64,000 bases of DNA, taken from assembly GCF_009914755.1 (NCBI RefSeq), contig NC_060926.1; one strand, given 5' to 3'. Below are positions 11,783-26,702 of this stretch, piece after piece. Below the pieces are notes generated by a model. That model worked only from the letters and a program-made list of their open reading frames with translations. It did not search any database and was not told where the DNA came from. Source of the stretch: the human T2T-CHM13v2.0 reference genome, Homo sapiens. The position numbers and the translations under genes were made by a program. Position 1 is the first letter of the stretch. The number at the start of each line of letters is the position of its first letter.

Positions 11783-14700
11783 GATTTTATTCCTTATACT
11801 GTAAGATTTTTCCTGTACATCTTACTATCAGCTTATAAGAAATATATATTTCCAACATGGTATATTTAACAGAACAAAATAGAAAAGATTGTTAAATCAA
11901 GTATGAAAGCAAACCAAATTTTAATCAAAGCATAACATAAATTAGTTTTGGTGTCCAACTTTTAGGTGATATGTCTTCTGGTTGTATGAAGAGCAAATGA
12001 GAATATTACAGTGGACATTTGTATAAAAAAACTTTAATTTGCTTCTATTATTTGCAGATTGTTTTAAAGTAATCTTGAAACTATCATGTTGGACTATGGA
12101 ATCTTTTGGTGTGGTGGTTTCTGGAAATTTTCTCCTTTAATATTAAAAGTTAGAATTTCCTCTTACTTGGTCTGCTACTACTACAAACACATCTTGTGAA
12201 TATGTTCTTTCTCTTCGACCACCTTAAAAGAAAAATCTCTTGGAACCTTTTCAATTTCAGTTATGCCCCTTTGATGTGTGGTATTTAGAACAGCATAAGA
12301 TTAATATGCAATAAGGATAGGATTAAGTGTCTTAGTGTTCTCGTCGTGTTACGCTTTATGTTATCTTTTGGAGAAAATGCCATATTGTCCCGTTGATTTA
12401 GGGTGTTGTGTGTTGTGATTTCCAGAGCTAGCTCCTGGTCGGCAGTCGGGGGTTGGCACTCACACTGCATACCTGACTTCACCCCAGCCATTGTTGGCTC
12501 TTCTAGCTTTGGGTCCCCTCATGCATTCATAGGGCATTCCCAGGTCTCTCTTCCAGACCTTGTGCAAGACAGACACCATCGGGGTGTTCCTGTTCCAAAC
12601 CTAGGAGGTTTATCTTACATAAGAAAACTTCTCAAACCCATGGTAACTCCGTTTTCTTTAAAAAAAAAAAAAAAAAAGTCATTGGGGTAGAACTTTTTAA
12701 AACAGTCATTTGCAAATGCAGTCATGTATCAATCCACTTGTCAGATTTCAAGGGAATGGAGTATAAGCTAGAAATGACAGATCTTCTGATTGGATCATCA
12801 GAACTCATTAATAATTTATTAGCATCAGAGTCTGTCACTACTTCTTTAGAAAGGTCTTGATCGTCAGTGACATTAGCAGACCTGAAGCTGTTGTTGGTGC
12901 TGGTTGAGAAGGTGGTGAGGCAGGGGAGTGTGGCATGCTCACCCAGCAGCTCAGTCTGCAGGAGCTCCCAACACACAGGTGCCACGTAGACAAGACGGTA
13001 CATGGAGACCATGAGAGCTGGCTGGCTTACAAAAATATCTACCCATGTAATTTTAAAGGATTACTTTTATTTCATAAGTTTATAAGTTCCACACAAAACC
13101 TTGATTCACCTATTAAAATTTACTTTTGTGGTTTAGAAAAATGTTCATTTGGAAAATCGTGAGATGTAGCCATTCATATAATAAACATCTATTGTGAACA
13201 CCCCACCTGTATTTTGGGCTATTTTTCTTGCAGTGACTGTTTTAGCAGTTAAAAAAAAATAGATAAAATATAGTCCCAGCCACCTTTTCCCATGCCCTTT
13301 CAGGATGGGACCCTGACAGTTTGGGACTGTGCTAACTGCTGTAGTGGAGGTTCTTACAGCCAGTCCCTAATACTTGAGGCAGGGATCAACTGACCCTTTA
13401 GGGGACAGTATGGAAAAGCCAGGAGATGTTACGTTGGGAATAAGTTTTAAAGAATGAGGAGACGTGTACAGAGGTATAATGTGTTTCCTTGGAACAGGGC
13501 AGGCTGATTGGACCAGCTGGGCCATGGTTCCTGGAGACTGCAGGTCATTCAGACAATACTGGCTTGGGGACCAGGCATTTGCCATTTGGTCGGTGGTCCT
13601 TGAAGTGCCAACAGGGAAAGCAACAGCTCGGTCAGCCATACACTTCGGCATGTCAGAAAGAAGTGAAATAAATGCTGGCCTGGTAGAACAGTAAGCGGGA
13701 TGTCAGCCTTGGATGCATTTCCCAGTTATTGGACACTCAAGGTTTGCGTGCCTGGGGCTGGGCTGAGAGCAGCTTGAGGAGGATGGCGGTGTCTGAGGGC
13801 TTGAGTAACGTCTCAGCCCATTTCCACGTGGTGCATTTCCCTACCCTGTTTTCTGGTCTCCCCATTGAAGTTAAGGAACAAAGTCTTGGGACCCTGCGGC
13901 TCTGACCCTGCCTTCTTTGGGGGAGCGGAGACCATAGGAAGAGCCAGAAGGCCACCAGAGTTGTCATTTTGGCAAACGCATAATCTGCACTTAATTCTTC
14001 CCGTGTGTACTTGAAAAGTGACTGTAATTGATTGTTGGAGGCTGGCCATTACTAGGGACGGAAGATGCAAAGGGCCTTGTCTGCTATGCTGCAGATTCGT
14101 TTGACTTTTGAAAAGCTTTTGGAGGCTTTTTCATGACAGACATGTCCTAATGGACAGAAGGATGGTGTAGTGGGATAGGAAGGACAGTGGCTTAGATGAC
14201 ACAACTCAAGTTTGAGTAAACAGGACGGGATTTCACAAACCGAGTCAGTTGGTGATGTGCATGTCCAGCGTGTAAATGTCAGCAGTGAGCCTACACACAT
14301 CTTTTCCATTTTGTGATAGAAGCAGCAGCAGCTGTGTTTAACTGAGCAGTGAGCATGAGAAGATGAAACATTGAGCCTGTCACTCTTACATCCATAAAAA
14401 CGCTATCCAGTAATATTTATTTAACTACTAAAGTTTACTACTTCATATTATCCTCAATTTATTTCAGAACAATTTTTCCTAGGGTGTGTACACTTGGAAA
14501 AGTCATCTGGAATTTACTACTCACTTTTATCATATCCTGGTTGTTTGGTATTTTGGAGATTGCTGGTAGCTGACTTTGCCCCCAACAGGTTATTTAGAAA
14601 GATTTTTTACACGCAAAGCCCAGTGCTCAGTCATTAAGATTTTAGGGCTAAAGCTTCTGTTGAGGGTGTAGCTCTGGAGGTCTCATGATACCTGGAAGTA

Positions 14701-14989
14701 ACTTGTGGAGTTTCCGCCCAAATAAATGGGCCCATCTCAGCCTCCTTCTGCCGCACTCTGGACCCCTGGGTGATCTGGGGGAACAGTCTCTGCAGTTTGG
14801 ACTGATTGTTTCTTCTGTACAGTGTACCGAATATAAAGAGATGGCCACAGCCTTTAATGCTGCGGATAAATCTGTGGTAATTGGTTAAATAATTGCCCAG
14901 TAAGTATTGACAGCTGCTGGGAAAACATTGCCACATTGATTCCACAGTGCCCCGGTGGTGCAGTCAGTGGAAGCAGCTGTAATCTATGG

Positions 14990-15230
14990 GGTCATCGTTG
15001 GCAGGTGCCCGGCACAGGGCTTGTCACTGCTTGTATATTATCTCTAGTCGCAAATGCAGATGTTATTGCCCCCATTTAATAGATGGGGACACAAAGCCTC
15101 AGGAGAGGTTAAGGAGACTGTCCACAGCTGTGCATGCTCAACTGTGTGACTCTGGAGAGTCCCCTTAACCTCTCCTGTGGCTTTGTGTCCCCATCTATTA
15201 ACAGCAGCCCGGGAAGCAGAAGGTCTGTTG
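14990..15230. mobile_element. MIR core sequence present as two inverted copies (fold-back)
   Basis: ccccatttaatagatggggacacaaagcctcaggagaggttaagg and its reverse complement cttaacctctcctgtggctttgtgtccccatctattaa. Confidence 0.8.
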
Positions 15231-16169
15231 CTTACCAGCCCACGTTCCTTCTGCTTCCCGGGCTGCTGTCTCTGACACATGATGGTGGTGACATGGTAAC
15301 GACCCATTCTCCAAGTGCTTACCTTAAACTGAAATGTGAGGCTCTGGGAGATTAAATGACTTGGCCGGGGCTCCTAGGTGGCAGAGCAGGCTGGGAGCTC
15401 CCATTTCCTGACCCAAAAAAGCCTTTCTTTCTTACTGTACCAGGAATTTCGTGAGATTTATTTTTTTCTCCCCTAGAAAAATCTCCTGCAACTAAGTGCA
15501 GTTTGGAGAGTCTCTTTGGAAACGTAAGGGTGTGTGAAGGAAGACTTTGGGAGGTTTGAGAAGGGGGCACCAGCTGGGAACCTGAATCCCCCGAGGGCCT
15601 CTGCTGCTCCTGAAGCACCAGGATCAGCTTAACAGCTCCTGTGGCTTCCAGCTCCACCCATGGAGGCCCAGGATGGTGCTCAGAGTCGCCTTGTGTTGGG
15701 GATCCCCAGCTTAACATCAGACCTGCCAAAAGAGAAGTTCTCTGTACAGGCCAGGGGACTTTGTATTTAACAGCCACTTCCTGTGTGCTGAGGCCATCTC
15801 TAAGGTCCCTGATGCTTCCCACAGCGCCCCTGTTCAGGGCGAAACATCATAAAATTGTGATTTAACGTTCTTGCATAGTCAATAACATAATTATTTTCTC
15901 TTAGTTGTGGTGGTGATCAAGGTTATGCCAAGCATTTTTTCTTTTCTGTCATAGCTGATACACCCTAGCAGTGTGGCTTTCTAGAAAGCTGAAGAAACAA
16001 AAACAAAAAAGCCAATTCTGTACCCCTCGACCTTCTTTTCCTTAGATAGAAACTGAACACATAACATTCCATTCATTTTTCAGTGATTCTCTGAATTGTA
16101 CCTTAGAATTTACAAAGGAATTTTCGTGAATTCTCTTTAATGCCAGGTGATATGGATAGTCCTCCCCTG

Positions 16170-16290
16170 AATTGTATAGCAGAAAATGAGCCCAGAGAGG
16201 TTACTTTCCTTGCCTAGTACGGCCCAGCGTTGGATGGTGACCTGTGTCTCACACCTGAATGTTGGATTCCAGATACTCTGTCCTTGTCCT
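16170..16290 (-). mobile_element. MIR fragment
   Basis: gaaaatgagcccagagaggttactttccttgcctag. Confidence 0.5.
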
Positions 16291-16465
16291 TAAGAGGCCC
16301 TGGGCCGGCCGTGTGGCGGATGTGTATGTAAGAGAACAGCATTAAATAAACAGGCCACACAGAGCTTGAAATGAGCGCATTGCTGCAGTTGAGGTTCTCA
16401 AACTAGGAAAAGCAGAGAGAAATTTTTCTTGACTTCCTCCAGAAAAACAAAAAGTCCTCTCATGC

Positions 16466-16490
16466 TGTGTGTGTGTGTGTGTGTGTGTGT
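16466..16490. repeat. (TG)n microsatellite
   Basis: ~12 TG units. Confidence 0.95.
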
Positions 16491-19349
16491 CACAATGGAG
16501 GGGGTGTTGTAGGGCTTTTAGTAAACTGGACCTTGAACAGGTAATTACAAACAAGCCCCAGTAGGAGAATACTTTCTGGGATTACCACTGGGATGTACAG
16601 AACTGAAGGGAACACGTGGAACTGCAGAAGTGTCATTCAAGTTGGGCGTGTCTGGTGGAGGGTGTGGGAGGGGAGTGTGTCCCAGTGCCCTTGTGCTCCC
16701 CATTCCCGTGCTGCGGGTGCCTCACTGGACACACCAAAAGCATTTTGAGTTTGAGATTTCTGCCTATCAGAATCAATTTTCCGGTTGACTTTTATTATAA
16801 CTAACGTTGAAATGGTTTCTTTAGAAATGTTCCTGGCTCCAGGATGTCAAAATGGTTATAAAACATGATGAATAAATCAGATCATAAGAGGTCACAGTTT
16901 ATGGGGAATGAATTCTGGGACCATGTTAACAAAGAGTATATTAACAAGATGCCAGTTTTGGATGGAAACGAATAACCCTTAGTGCTTGTTGGGGCAGAAG
17001 GTACCCAGGCCTTCCTGTAAGGTCCGTGGCCATGGAGGCAGGCCTTGTATCTCCCTGGAAAGTAAAATATGCCTTCTCAGCTTCTCAGAGTCACACCTGA
17101 CCAACAGTCACACTGACAAGTTAATTGGTGAGATTTGAGCTTGATTGCTGCCTGCAAGCAGTAAGGGTGATCCTAATTATGAATCTGCTCTGGCTGTTTC
17201 GTGATCAAACGCCTTGTTCCGTGACCTTCCCGTGTGAAGGTCTACCCAGGTCACAGTGTGAACAACCCATGGTCCGGAGCAGTCCCTGGCCGGCGTGAAC
17301 TCCAAGTCAGGAGTCTGCAGTGGTGACGTCCCTCTTGAGTGTCCTCAGGTAGGCTCTCCCTTACAGGGATGTGGCCAGGGACAGGGAGAGGCTCTAGAGT
17401 TGACGTTTTTAGTAGTTTTTCTAAATTGTTTATCTTTTTTGCCAACATTCCATTTTGGGTTTTGCTTGTGATTGTTACCTTATTTCACATGTGTGAGTGC
17501 CCCCTCCCTTTATTGACCACATAGCAGAATGCCCCATCCGTAAATGTCACGTTTCCATAGAGTACTGCTTTCCACTTGGGCCCCTGACGGTGCTCACAGG
17601 GAATGAGTGGGAAATGCAGCAGATCTGACAGTGAGAGCCCAGTCACTCCTCAGTCAGACTTGTTTTATTTAGTGCCTTCCGGAATATGCCACTTATGATC
17701 TTACCCAGAGGTTATGTTGAAGATTTTGTTGTGTTCACAAAGACCAACGTCAGAAGTACTTGGGAAAGGCAGGGATCCCAGGAGCCAGAGACAGGACTGT
17801 CTTCCCTGCCTGGAGTCTGGGTCTGGTACAGGCCTTTCTTGTGGGAGAAGCTAAATGTAACCATATCTTCCAACCTGAGAGCTCATTTAGTAACGTTTTT
17901 GTAATACATTGGTCATTTTCCCAGTCGTTAAGTACCACGTCTCGGCGGCGTGTGCTTAGAACAGAGGTCTCTGGAGGAATCACTGGGGCGTGCTCATGTG
18001 TGGGTGTTGTGCTTTCATGGCTGGGTTTTAACTTCCGGCCTTGGTTCCTTTGGCAGTGACATGGAGGGAGAGGGTAGATGAAGTTGGGTGTGTGAACTTG
18101 GAATTCTAAGGACAGTCCTGCACAGGCAGGACAGTAACACAGACCTGGTTGCCATGCCCCACAGAATTCAGTGGGAAAACATGCTCAGCATTTGTGGGAC
18201 ACCAGTGTCACCCTCTCCACCACTGCAGTAAGATCAGGAGCCCATCTCCCACCTGAGTCTCAATTCCAGGAAAGAGCATCAGGGATTCCCCCAAGCTGCA
18301 GGCAAGTGATGCTGCCCACATTTGTTGGCTGAGTGGGGCCAGGTATGGAGGGAGATGAGTGGGCACTCGAGGTGCTTGGGGACGGAGTGGAGGTAGACAT
18401 GGCCTGGCTCCTGCCTCCTCCTCTCCCTCCAGGCTTTGGAGCTCTGTGAGTCCATGCCTACCAGCTGTAATGTAATGGGGATCATCTGGGATGCTTGGGG
18501 GTGACTTAGGATGCTCAGGGTCCACTCCCCACTAATCTCGAGTGGGCAGACAGGACCTGGGCATCTGTGCTGTTAACGCTGATCTTCCCTAAAGGGGCCT
18601 TCTACTCTAAGGGCTTTCATTTGCGAGTTTTCATGTATTCACACCTGAGATAATTCATCATAAATTCAAAAATCCCATTCCGTTACTAGTGTTTAGTTCT
18701 GATCTTTGATCCTTACAGCGAGCTGACCCTCAGTGGAGACTTGTCTTATGCTCAGAAATTTAACAAAATATAATGGAGAAGTAGGAAGCAGCACTGGGCA
18801 CTGCAGCGCTTTGGAACATAGCAGATATGGGAACGCTAATAATTTCTTCCCACACCTGGTGTTTTCCACTTTGGAGATTCTGGCTTGGGGGATGGTGGGT
18901 TCCTGAAAAAGGGTCAGCAGAGAAATCACATAGCAATGTCCATGTTATCACATAGCAGAGAATGATAATTTCTCTTGTTTTATTAGAGATTTTTTACGGA
19001 GCCCTTATTTTTGCCCAGCAGGGCTATTATCTGGGTCACCAGCAAGGCACAGAGGGATGGGAAATGTTTGTAACTTTACAGAAGGCAGTAAATATACACT
19101 CTGCTCTGTCAGTTACAGTATAACCCAAAAACCTTTGTAAGGAGTTTTGTTACATAACCAGACCCTCTAGTCCTCAGGACTGGAGTTCCTTATGCAGTCA
19201 TAGTGTCCTGGTGATCCGTCAGGTTTGGAGTTCCTGGCTCCATTAGATCTTGATGGAGATTCTGATTAACCAAAGTGATTGCATTACATCCTTTATAACT
19301 CTAGAGCAGATTGCTAGGATGGTCCACATCCCTTAGAAGGCTGATACTG

Positions 19350-19717
19350 TGTATTAGTCTGTTTTCCTACTGCAATAAAGAACTATGCGAGACTGGGTTA
19401 TTTATACAGGAAAGAGATTTAATTTACTCACAGTTCAGCATAACTGGGAGGCCTCAGGAAACTTAATCATGGCAGAAGATGAAGGGGAAGCAAGGCACCT
19501 TCTTCACAGGGTGGCAAGAAGAAGTTCTGAGCAAAGCGGGAAGAGCGGCTTATAAAACCATCAGATCTCCTGAGAACTCAGTATCACCAAGACAGCATGG
19601 GGGAAACCGCCCCCATGACTCAATTACCTCCACTGGTCTGTCCATTAACACATGGGGATTATAGGGATTACAATTCAATTCAAGATAAGATTTGGGTGGG
19701 GACACAAAGCCTAACCC
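19350..19717 (-). mobile_element. THE1/MST-family MaLR solo LTR (THE1C/D-like)
   Basis: tgtattagtctgtttt..actgcaataaag, gaggcctcaggaaactta..atcatggcagaag, caattcaagataagatttgggtggggacaca. Confidence 0.92.
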
Positions 19718-20149
19718 CACCACCCTTCGAGGACCAATTCTCTCTGCTCAGGTAGTTTGCTTGTAGTGTGGATGATATGTTAGTTGGGAGGCCTGTGATT
19801 GTGACTATCTCAGGAATGGAAAACTTAAAGAGACTTATATATAGATTACCTGATTGGTTATGTTTTTTAATGCAAAAATGTAACTAATAAAGCAAGAATT
19901 TCTTATTCCCAAATTAGAGCCAAATTCCCAATGGATTGCATGGTAAAGGGCTCTGGATTTGGGTTCTAGGCTCCCTGGATTTGGGTCATTACTGAGTTAT
20001 CCTCACAGTATCCTTCTCTCTCAATTCCAAGTTCTGGCCAAGTAAGTATCCTTTCCTCTGAGCAGCTTCCCTAGCTCCTCTGCCTTATCCTGGCACATTT
20101 TAGAGACATTTTATATATGTGTATATATATATATGTATGTGTGTGTATA

Positions 20150-21420
<1,271 letters not shown>

Positions 21421-22439
21421 TTTAAAAAGAAAAAAATGTTGAAAGATCAACTCATTTCCTCTTTTTATAGTAGTTTGTAGTTTGGGATCTAAGAAGTGTG
21501 CAAGCTTACATAGCAGTAGATGAATAAGTCATAAAAGGAAGATGGAAATAGGAGAGGGGCCAGGGAGAATTGGGCACCGTTCAAGATTGCTGAAAATGTT
21601 TTTGCTATCAACGAATTTCCCTGTTCCCTGCTTTGGAACAATATGGCCTAACCATATTTTTGTTGTTGTTGTTTTGATATACAATTATAATTCACAATAA
21701 TTTACCTGTAATTAGTGTTGGTCAAATTTAAAAAATGGCACTGACCACAAGAATACTACAATTAAAGCCCCATGACAGCACACTCACCCACCGCAGATCA
21801 GTGTGGAGTGCAGAATTTAAGCATGTGATAGGTAATGACTTTGTCTCGACTCTGAAGTCTAAGAAACAAGGCTGAAAACAGTAGAAGGCTCTGCAAATCA
21901 TGGCAGCTACTGCAAATGAAATACCTATTTTCATGAATCTAGACACACAAGCACTAACCCTGGGGTCAAGAGACCCAGGAAGAGGTCTCAGCTTGTCTTT
22001 GATCACCTATGACATCTTGAGCAGGTCACCACTTCCCCCTTGGGGCTGCTGTAGGAGTGAAATAGGATGTTGCTGTGTTGACCTCTTAGTAAATTAGGCA
22101 TGCTCTCTACAGGGAAGGACCATCACTCACTCATCTTTTCAGCTGTACCCAGTGGCCACTGTCTGAAATGTCTTCTTTTAATAGAAACCATAGCTCTTAG
22201 TATGAGCTCACACACTCCATCTCTCTGAGGCTTCCACCTTTCCCAAAATAGGCATTATTTTTATTAGAGCCCAAATGAGCTGATTCTTTATTTCAGACCC
22301 CCAGCTCTGAGTGATATAGTTGGATGGAGTAGAGTGCCAGGCCTAGGGGCATAGCCATGCTGACTGGCATTTTGGGGAGGTTCAGCAAGTGCTAGCTAGT
22401 GAAGTACTCTTACTGTCCCTTTCTGCTTGGCCTGTATGC

Positions 22440-23220
22440 TTTCTTTTTAAAATTTCCATTTGTGATATTTGATAGGTACAAAATACGTAGGTGTCATTTA
22501 TGTACTTTTGGGGCATAATAATAAGACAAATGCCTGTGAACCTACCTCCCAACTTAAAAACTAGAATATTCTCAATACTGTTCTCTACCTCCTCTTTTGC
22601 CATTGCCTTTTCCCCCAGAAGTTATTTTAGAACACTTTTAGATTTACAGAAGGCTTATGAAGATAGCCTAAAAAGTTCTCATATATTTAGCATCTAGTTA
22701 CCCTTATGATGAACTAAAATTGGTCCATTATTAAGTAAGGTCTGTACTTTATTTGGATTTAAAACTTTTTTAACCTAATGTTCATTTTCTGTCCCAGGAT
22801 TCCATCCAAGATGCCACACTAGTTAGTTGTCATGTCTCTTTGAGCTCTTCTTGGCTGTGACAGTTTCTCAGACTTTCCTTGTTTTGTTGACCTTGACAGT
22901 TTTGAGGAGTCGGGTATTTTTTACAAAGTCCCCCAATTGAGAGTTGTCTGATGATTTTCTCGTGAGGGTTTTGGGAGGAAGACCACAGAGGCAACATATC
23001 CTACTCATCTCATCACATCAAGAGTCCATTCTGTCAGAATTCTTCACTCCATACTGACTCCCTCTCCCCCTTTCCCTATGTACTCTTTGGAAGGAAGTCT
23101 CTGGGTGCACCCCATAGTTAAGGGAGGGGAGTTCACTGCTTCATCTCCTTGAAGATGGAGTGTCTACGTAAGTTATTTAGAGTTATTCTTCCAACAAGAT
23201 TTGTCTCTTTCACTTATTTA
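22440..23220 (-). mobile_element. Old L1 3' fragments (L1ME/L1MC-type), antisense
   Basis: cccaggattccatccaagatgccacac..gttgtcatgtctctt..gctgtgacagtttctcagactttccttgtt. Confidence 0.7.
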
Positions 23221-23986
23221 CTAGTCATTCATTCTCTTTTTGTTTTTTTGAGTTGATACATTTTGTTTTCTTCACTGGATCTGTTTACTTATTCATTCTA
23301 ATTGTTCCTATTAATAGGTAAAGAGTGGTATTTTGATACCTGTATATAGTGTGTAATGATCAAATCAGGGTAATTAGCATATTCATTCCCTCAAACATTT
23401 ATTTTCTGTGTTGGGAACATTCAAAATCCTCTCTTCTAGTTATTTTAAAGTCACCCTACAGTGCTATCAAACACTAGAACTTATTCCTCCTATCTAGCTG
23501 TAATTTTGAATCCAGTTAACCAACCTTTTCCTATTCCTCCCTCTCCCCACCCTTCCCCACCTCTAGTAACCTCTATTCTATTCTCTACTTTTATGCATCA
23601 GCTTTTGTAGCTCCCACGTGAGTGAGAACTCTGGTATTTATCTTTCTTTGCCTGACTTATTTCATGTAATATAATAACATTATCCAGGCTTATCCATGTT
23701 GCCATGAGTGACGAGTGACAGAATTTTATTTTTTTTCTGGCTGAATAGTATTCCACTGTGTATATGTACCACATTTTCTTTATCCATTAATCTGTTAATG
23801 GACACTTAGGTTGATTACATATCTTGGCTATTGTGAATAGTGCTGCAGTTAACATGGGAGTGCAGCTGTCACATCAATATACTCATTTCCTTTTCTGTGG
23901 GTAAATGCCCAGCAGTGGGATTGCTAGATCATTTGCACCAATGGTAAATTAGTGTTCCTCTTTGTTTGCATCCTTGCCAGGAATTT

Positions 23987-24029
<43 letters not shown>
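23987..24029. repeat. (TG)n microsatellite
   Basis: ~20 TG units inside the L1. Confidence 0.95.
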
Positions 24030-24032
<3 letters not shown>

Positions 24033-24451
24033 GTCTGATAATACCATTCTCATTGAGATGATACCTTATTGTGGCTTTGATTTGCATTTCTCTGATGATT
24101 AGTGATATTGAGCATTTTTTTTGCTATACTTATTGGCCATTTGTATATCTTCTTTTGAGAAATGTTTATTCAGATCCTTTGATCATTTTTAAAACCAGAT
24201 TATTTGGTCATTTTTAAAACCAGATTATTTGGGTTTTTCTTTTTGTTTTGCTGTTGAGTTTTTGAATTCCTTGAATATTTTGGATAATAAATAGTCCCTT
24301 ATTGGATGAATAGTTTGCAAATACTTTCCCCTATTCCAGAGTGTCTCTTCATTTGATTATTTCCTTTGCTGTGCAAAAGCTTTTTAGTTTGATATAGTCC
24401 CATTTGTCTATGTTTGCTTTTGTTGCCTCTGCTGTTGAAGTCTTAACTATA

Positions 24452-24720
24452 AAATGAAAAGATATCTCATATTCATGGATTAGAAGAATTATAATATTGT
24501 TAAAATGACTATAGTACCTAAAGTGATCTGTACATTCAGTGCAATCCCTATCAAAATACAATGATATTTTTCACAGAAATGGAAAAGACAGTCCTAAGAT
24601 TTGTAGGAAACCGCAAAAGAACCCTGAATAGCCAAAGCAATATTGAGCAAAAAGAACAAAGCTGGAGGCACATGGTGCTTGACTGGAAAATACGCTACAA
24701 AGCTACCAAATAAGCATGAT
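24452..24720 (+). mobile_element. Sense-oriented L1 ORF2 fragment nested in the antisense L1MA
   Basis: catggattagaagaatt..aatattgttaaaatg..gcaatccctatcaaaat..gaatagccaaagcaatattgagcaaaaagaacaaagctggaggca. Confidence 0.85.
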
Positions 24721-26389
24721 ATCTTTTTTTTTTTTTTGTCTTTTTGATAATATCATTCTATGCTGTAAAATCTTTGCCCAGACCAATGTCCTAATGTATT
24801 TCCCCTATATTTTCTTCTAGTAGGTTTATAGTTTGGGGGCTTACATTTAAGTCTTTAATCAATTTTGAGTAAATTTTTGTATGTAGTGAAAGATAGGGAC
24901 CTAGTTTTATTCTTCTGCATATGGATATCCGGTTTTCCTACCACCATTTATTGAAGAGGCTCTCCTTTTCCCTAATCTATGTTCTTGACACCTTTGTTGA
25001 AAATTATTTGGCTGTGAATACATGGATTTATTTCTGGGTTCTCTATTCTGTTCCCTTTGTCGATGTGTCTGTTTTTATGCCAATACGATGCTGTTTTGAT
25101 TACTATAGCTTGTAGTATATTTTGAAGTCATGTGGTGTGATGCCTCAAACTTTGTTCTTTTTGCTCAGTATTTCTTTGGCTATTTGAGGTCTTTTGTGGT
25201 TGCATACAAATTTTAGGATTTCTTTTTCTATTTCTGTGAAAAAGTCACTGATATATTGATAGGGATCACATTGAAAATGTAGATTGCTTTGGATGTAATG
25301 GTCATTAACATGGGATATCTTTTCATTTGTTTATGTCCTCTTCAATTTCTTTTATCGGTATTTTGTAGTTTTTAATGTAGACATCTTTCACTTTCTTGGT
25401 TAAATTTGTTCTTAGGTATTTGGCTTTTTTTCTTTTATTTTTAGCTATTATAAACGAGATTGGTTTCTTTATTTCATTTTCAGCTAGTTTGTTATTGGTA
25501 TATAGAAGAAACACTACTGATTTTTGTATGTTGATTTTAGTATCCTGCAATTTCACCGGATCTGTTTACCAATTCTACAGTATTTTGCTGGAATTTTCCG
25601 TTTTCTTTTCCAGTATGACTGCTTTTTCTTTTTCTTGCATAATTGCTTTGGCTAGGATTATAAACAATACATTGAATAAGAGTCGTGAAGGAATAGGCAT
25701 TCTTATATTTTTCCAGTTGTTAGAGGAAAAGTTTTCAGCTTTTGCCTATTCAGTATGATGTTAGCTGTGCATCTGTCGTTAAGGCTCATATTACCTAATT
25801 TGTTCAGAGTTGTTATGAAGGAATACTGAATTTTATCAAAATGGTTTTCTACATTTATCGAGATGATCATATGGTTTTTGTTCTTCATTTTGTTGATGTG
25901 ATGTATCACATTTATTGATTTGCATTTGTTGACCACATCCTTGCATTTCTGGAATGTGTCCCACTTGATCATGGTGTATTGTCTTTTTGATATGCTGTTG
26001 GATTTACTTTGCCAGTATTTTTTTTTTTTTGAGGATTTTTGCATCTATGTTCATCAGGCACATTGGCCTGTAGTTTTTGTTGTTGTTGTGTCCTTGTCTG
26101 TTTCAGATGTCAGGATAATACTGGCCTCTTAGAGTGAGTTAGGAAGAATTCTCTTCTCTTTTTTTTTTTTATTTTGTTTCGTTTCGTTTTTGTTTCGTTT
26201 TGTTTTGTTTTTTGGAATAGTTTGAAAAGAATTGGTGTTAGTTTGTCTTTATAAGTTTGGAAAAATTCAGCACTAAGGCCATCCAGTCCTGGTCTTTTCT
26301 TTGTTGGGAGACTTTTTTTTTTTTTTTTTAAATGGATTCAGTCTTGTTGCTCATTATTAGTTTGTTCAGGTCTCCCCTCCCCTCCCCTC

Positions 26390-26702
<313 letters not shown>

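Noticed and set aside
12722-13012. Minus-strand 96-aa ORF with protein-like composition (DDQDLSKEVVTDSDANK)
   Set aside because: No family recognised and no splice or retrocopy hallmarks; a BLASTX would settle it
15818-15838. Possible CTCF site cagcgcccctgttc (also 8925-8943)
   Set aside because: Core spacing is off by one from the CCASYAGRKGGCRS consensus; not supportable by eye
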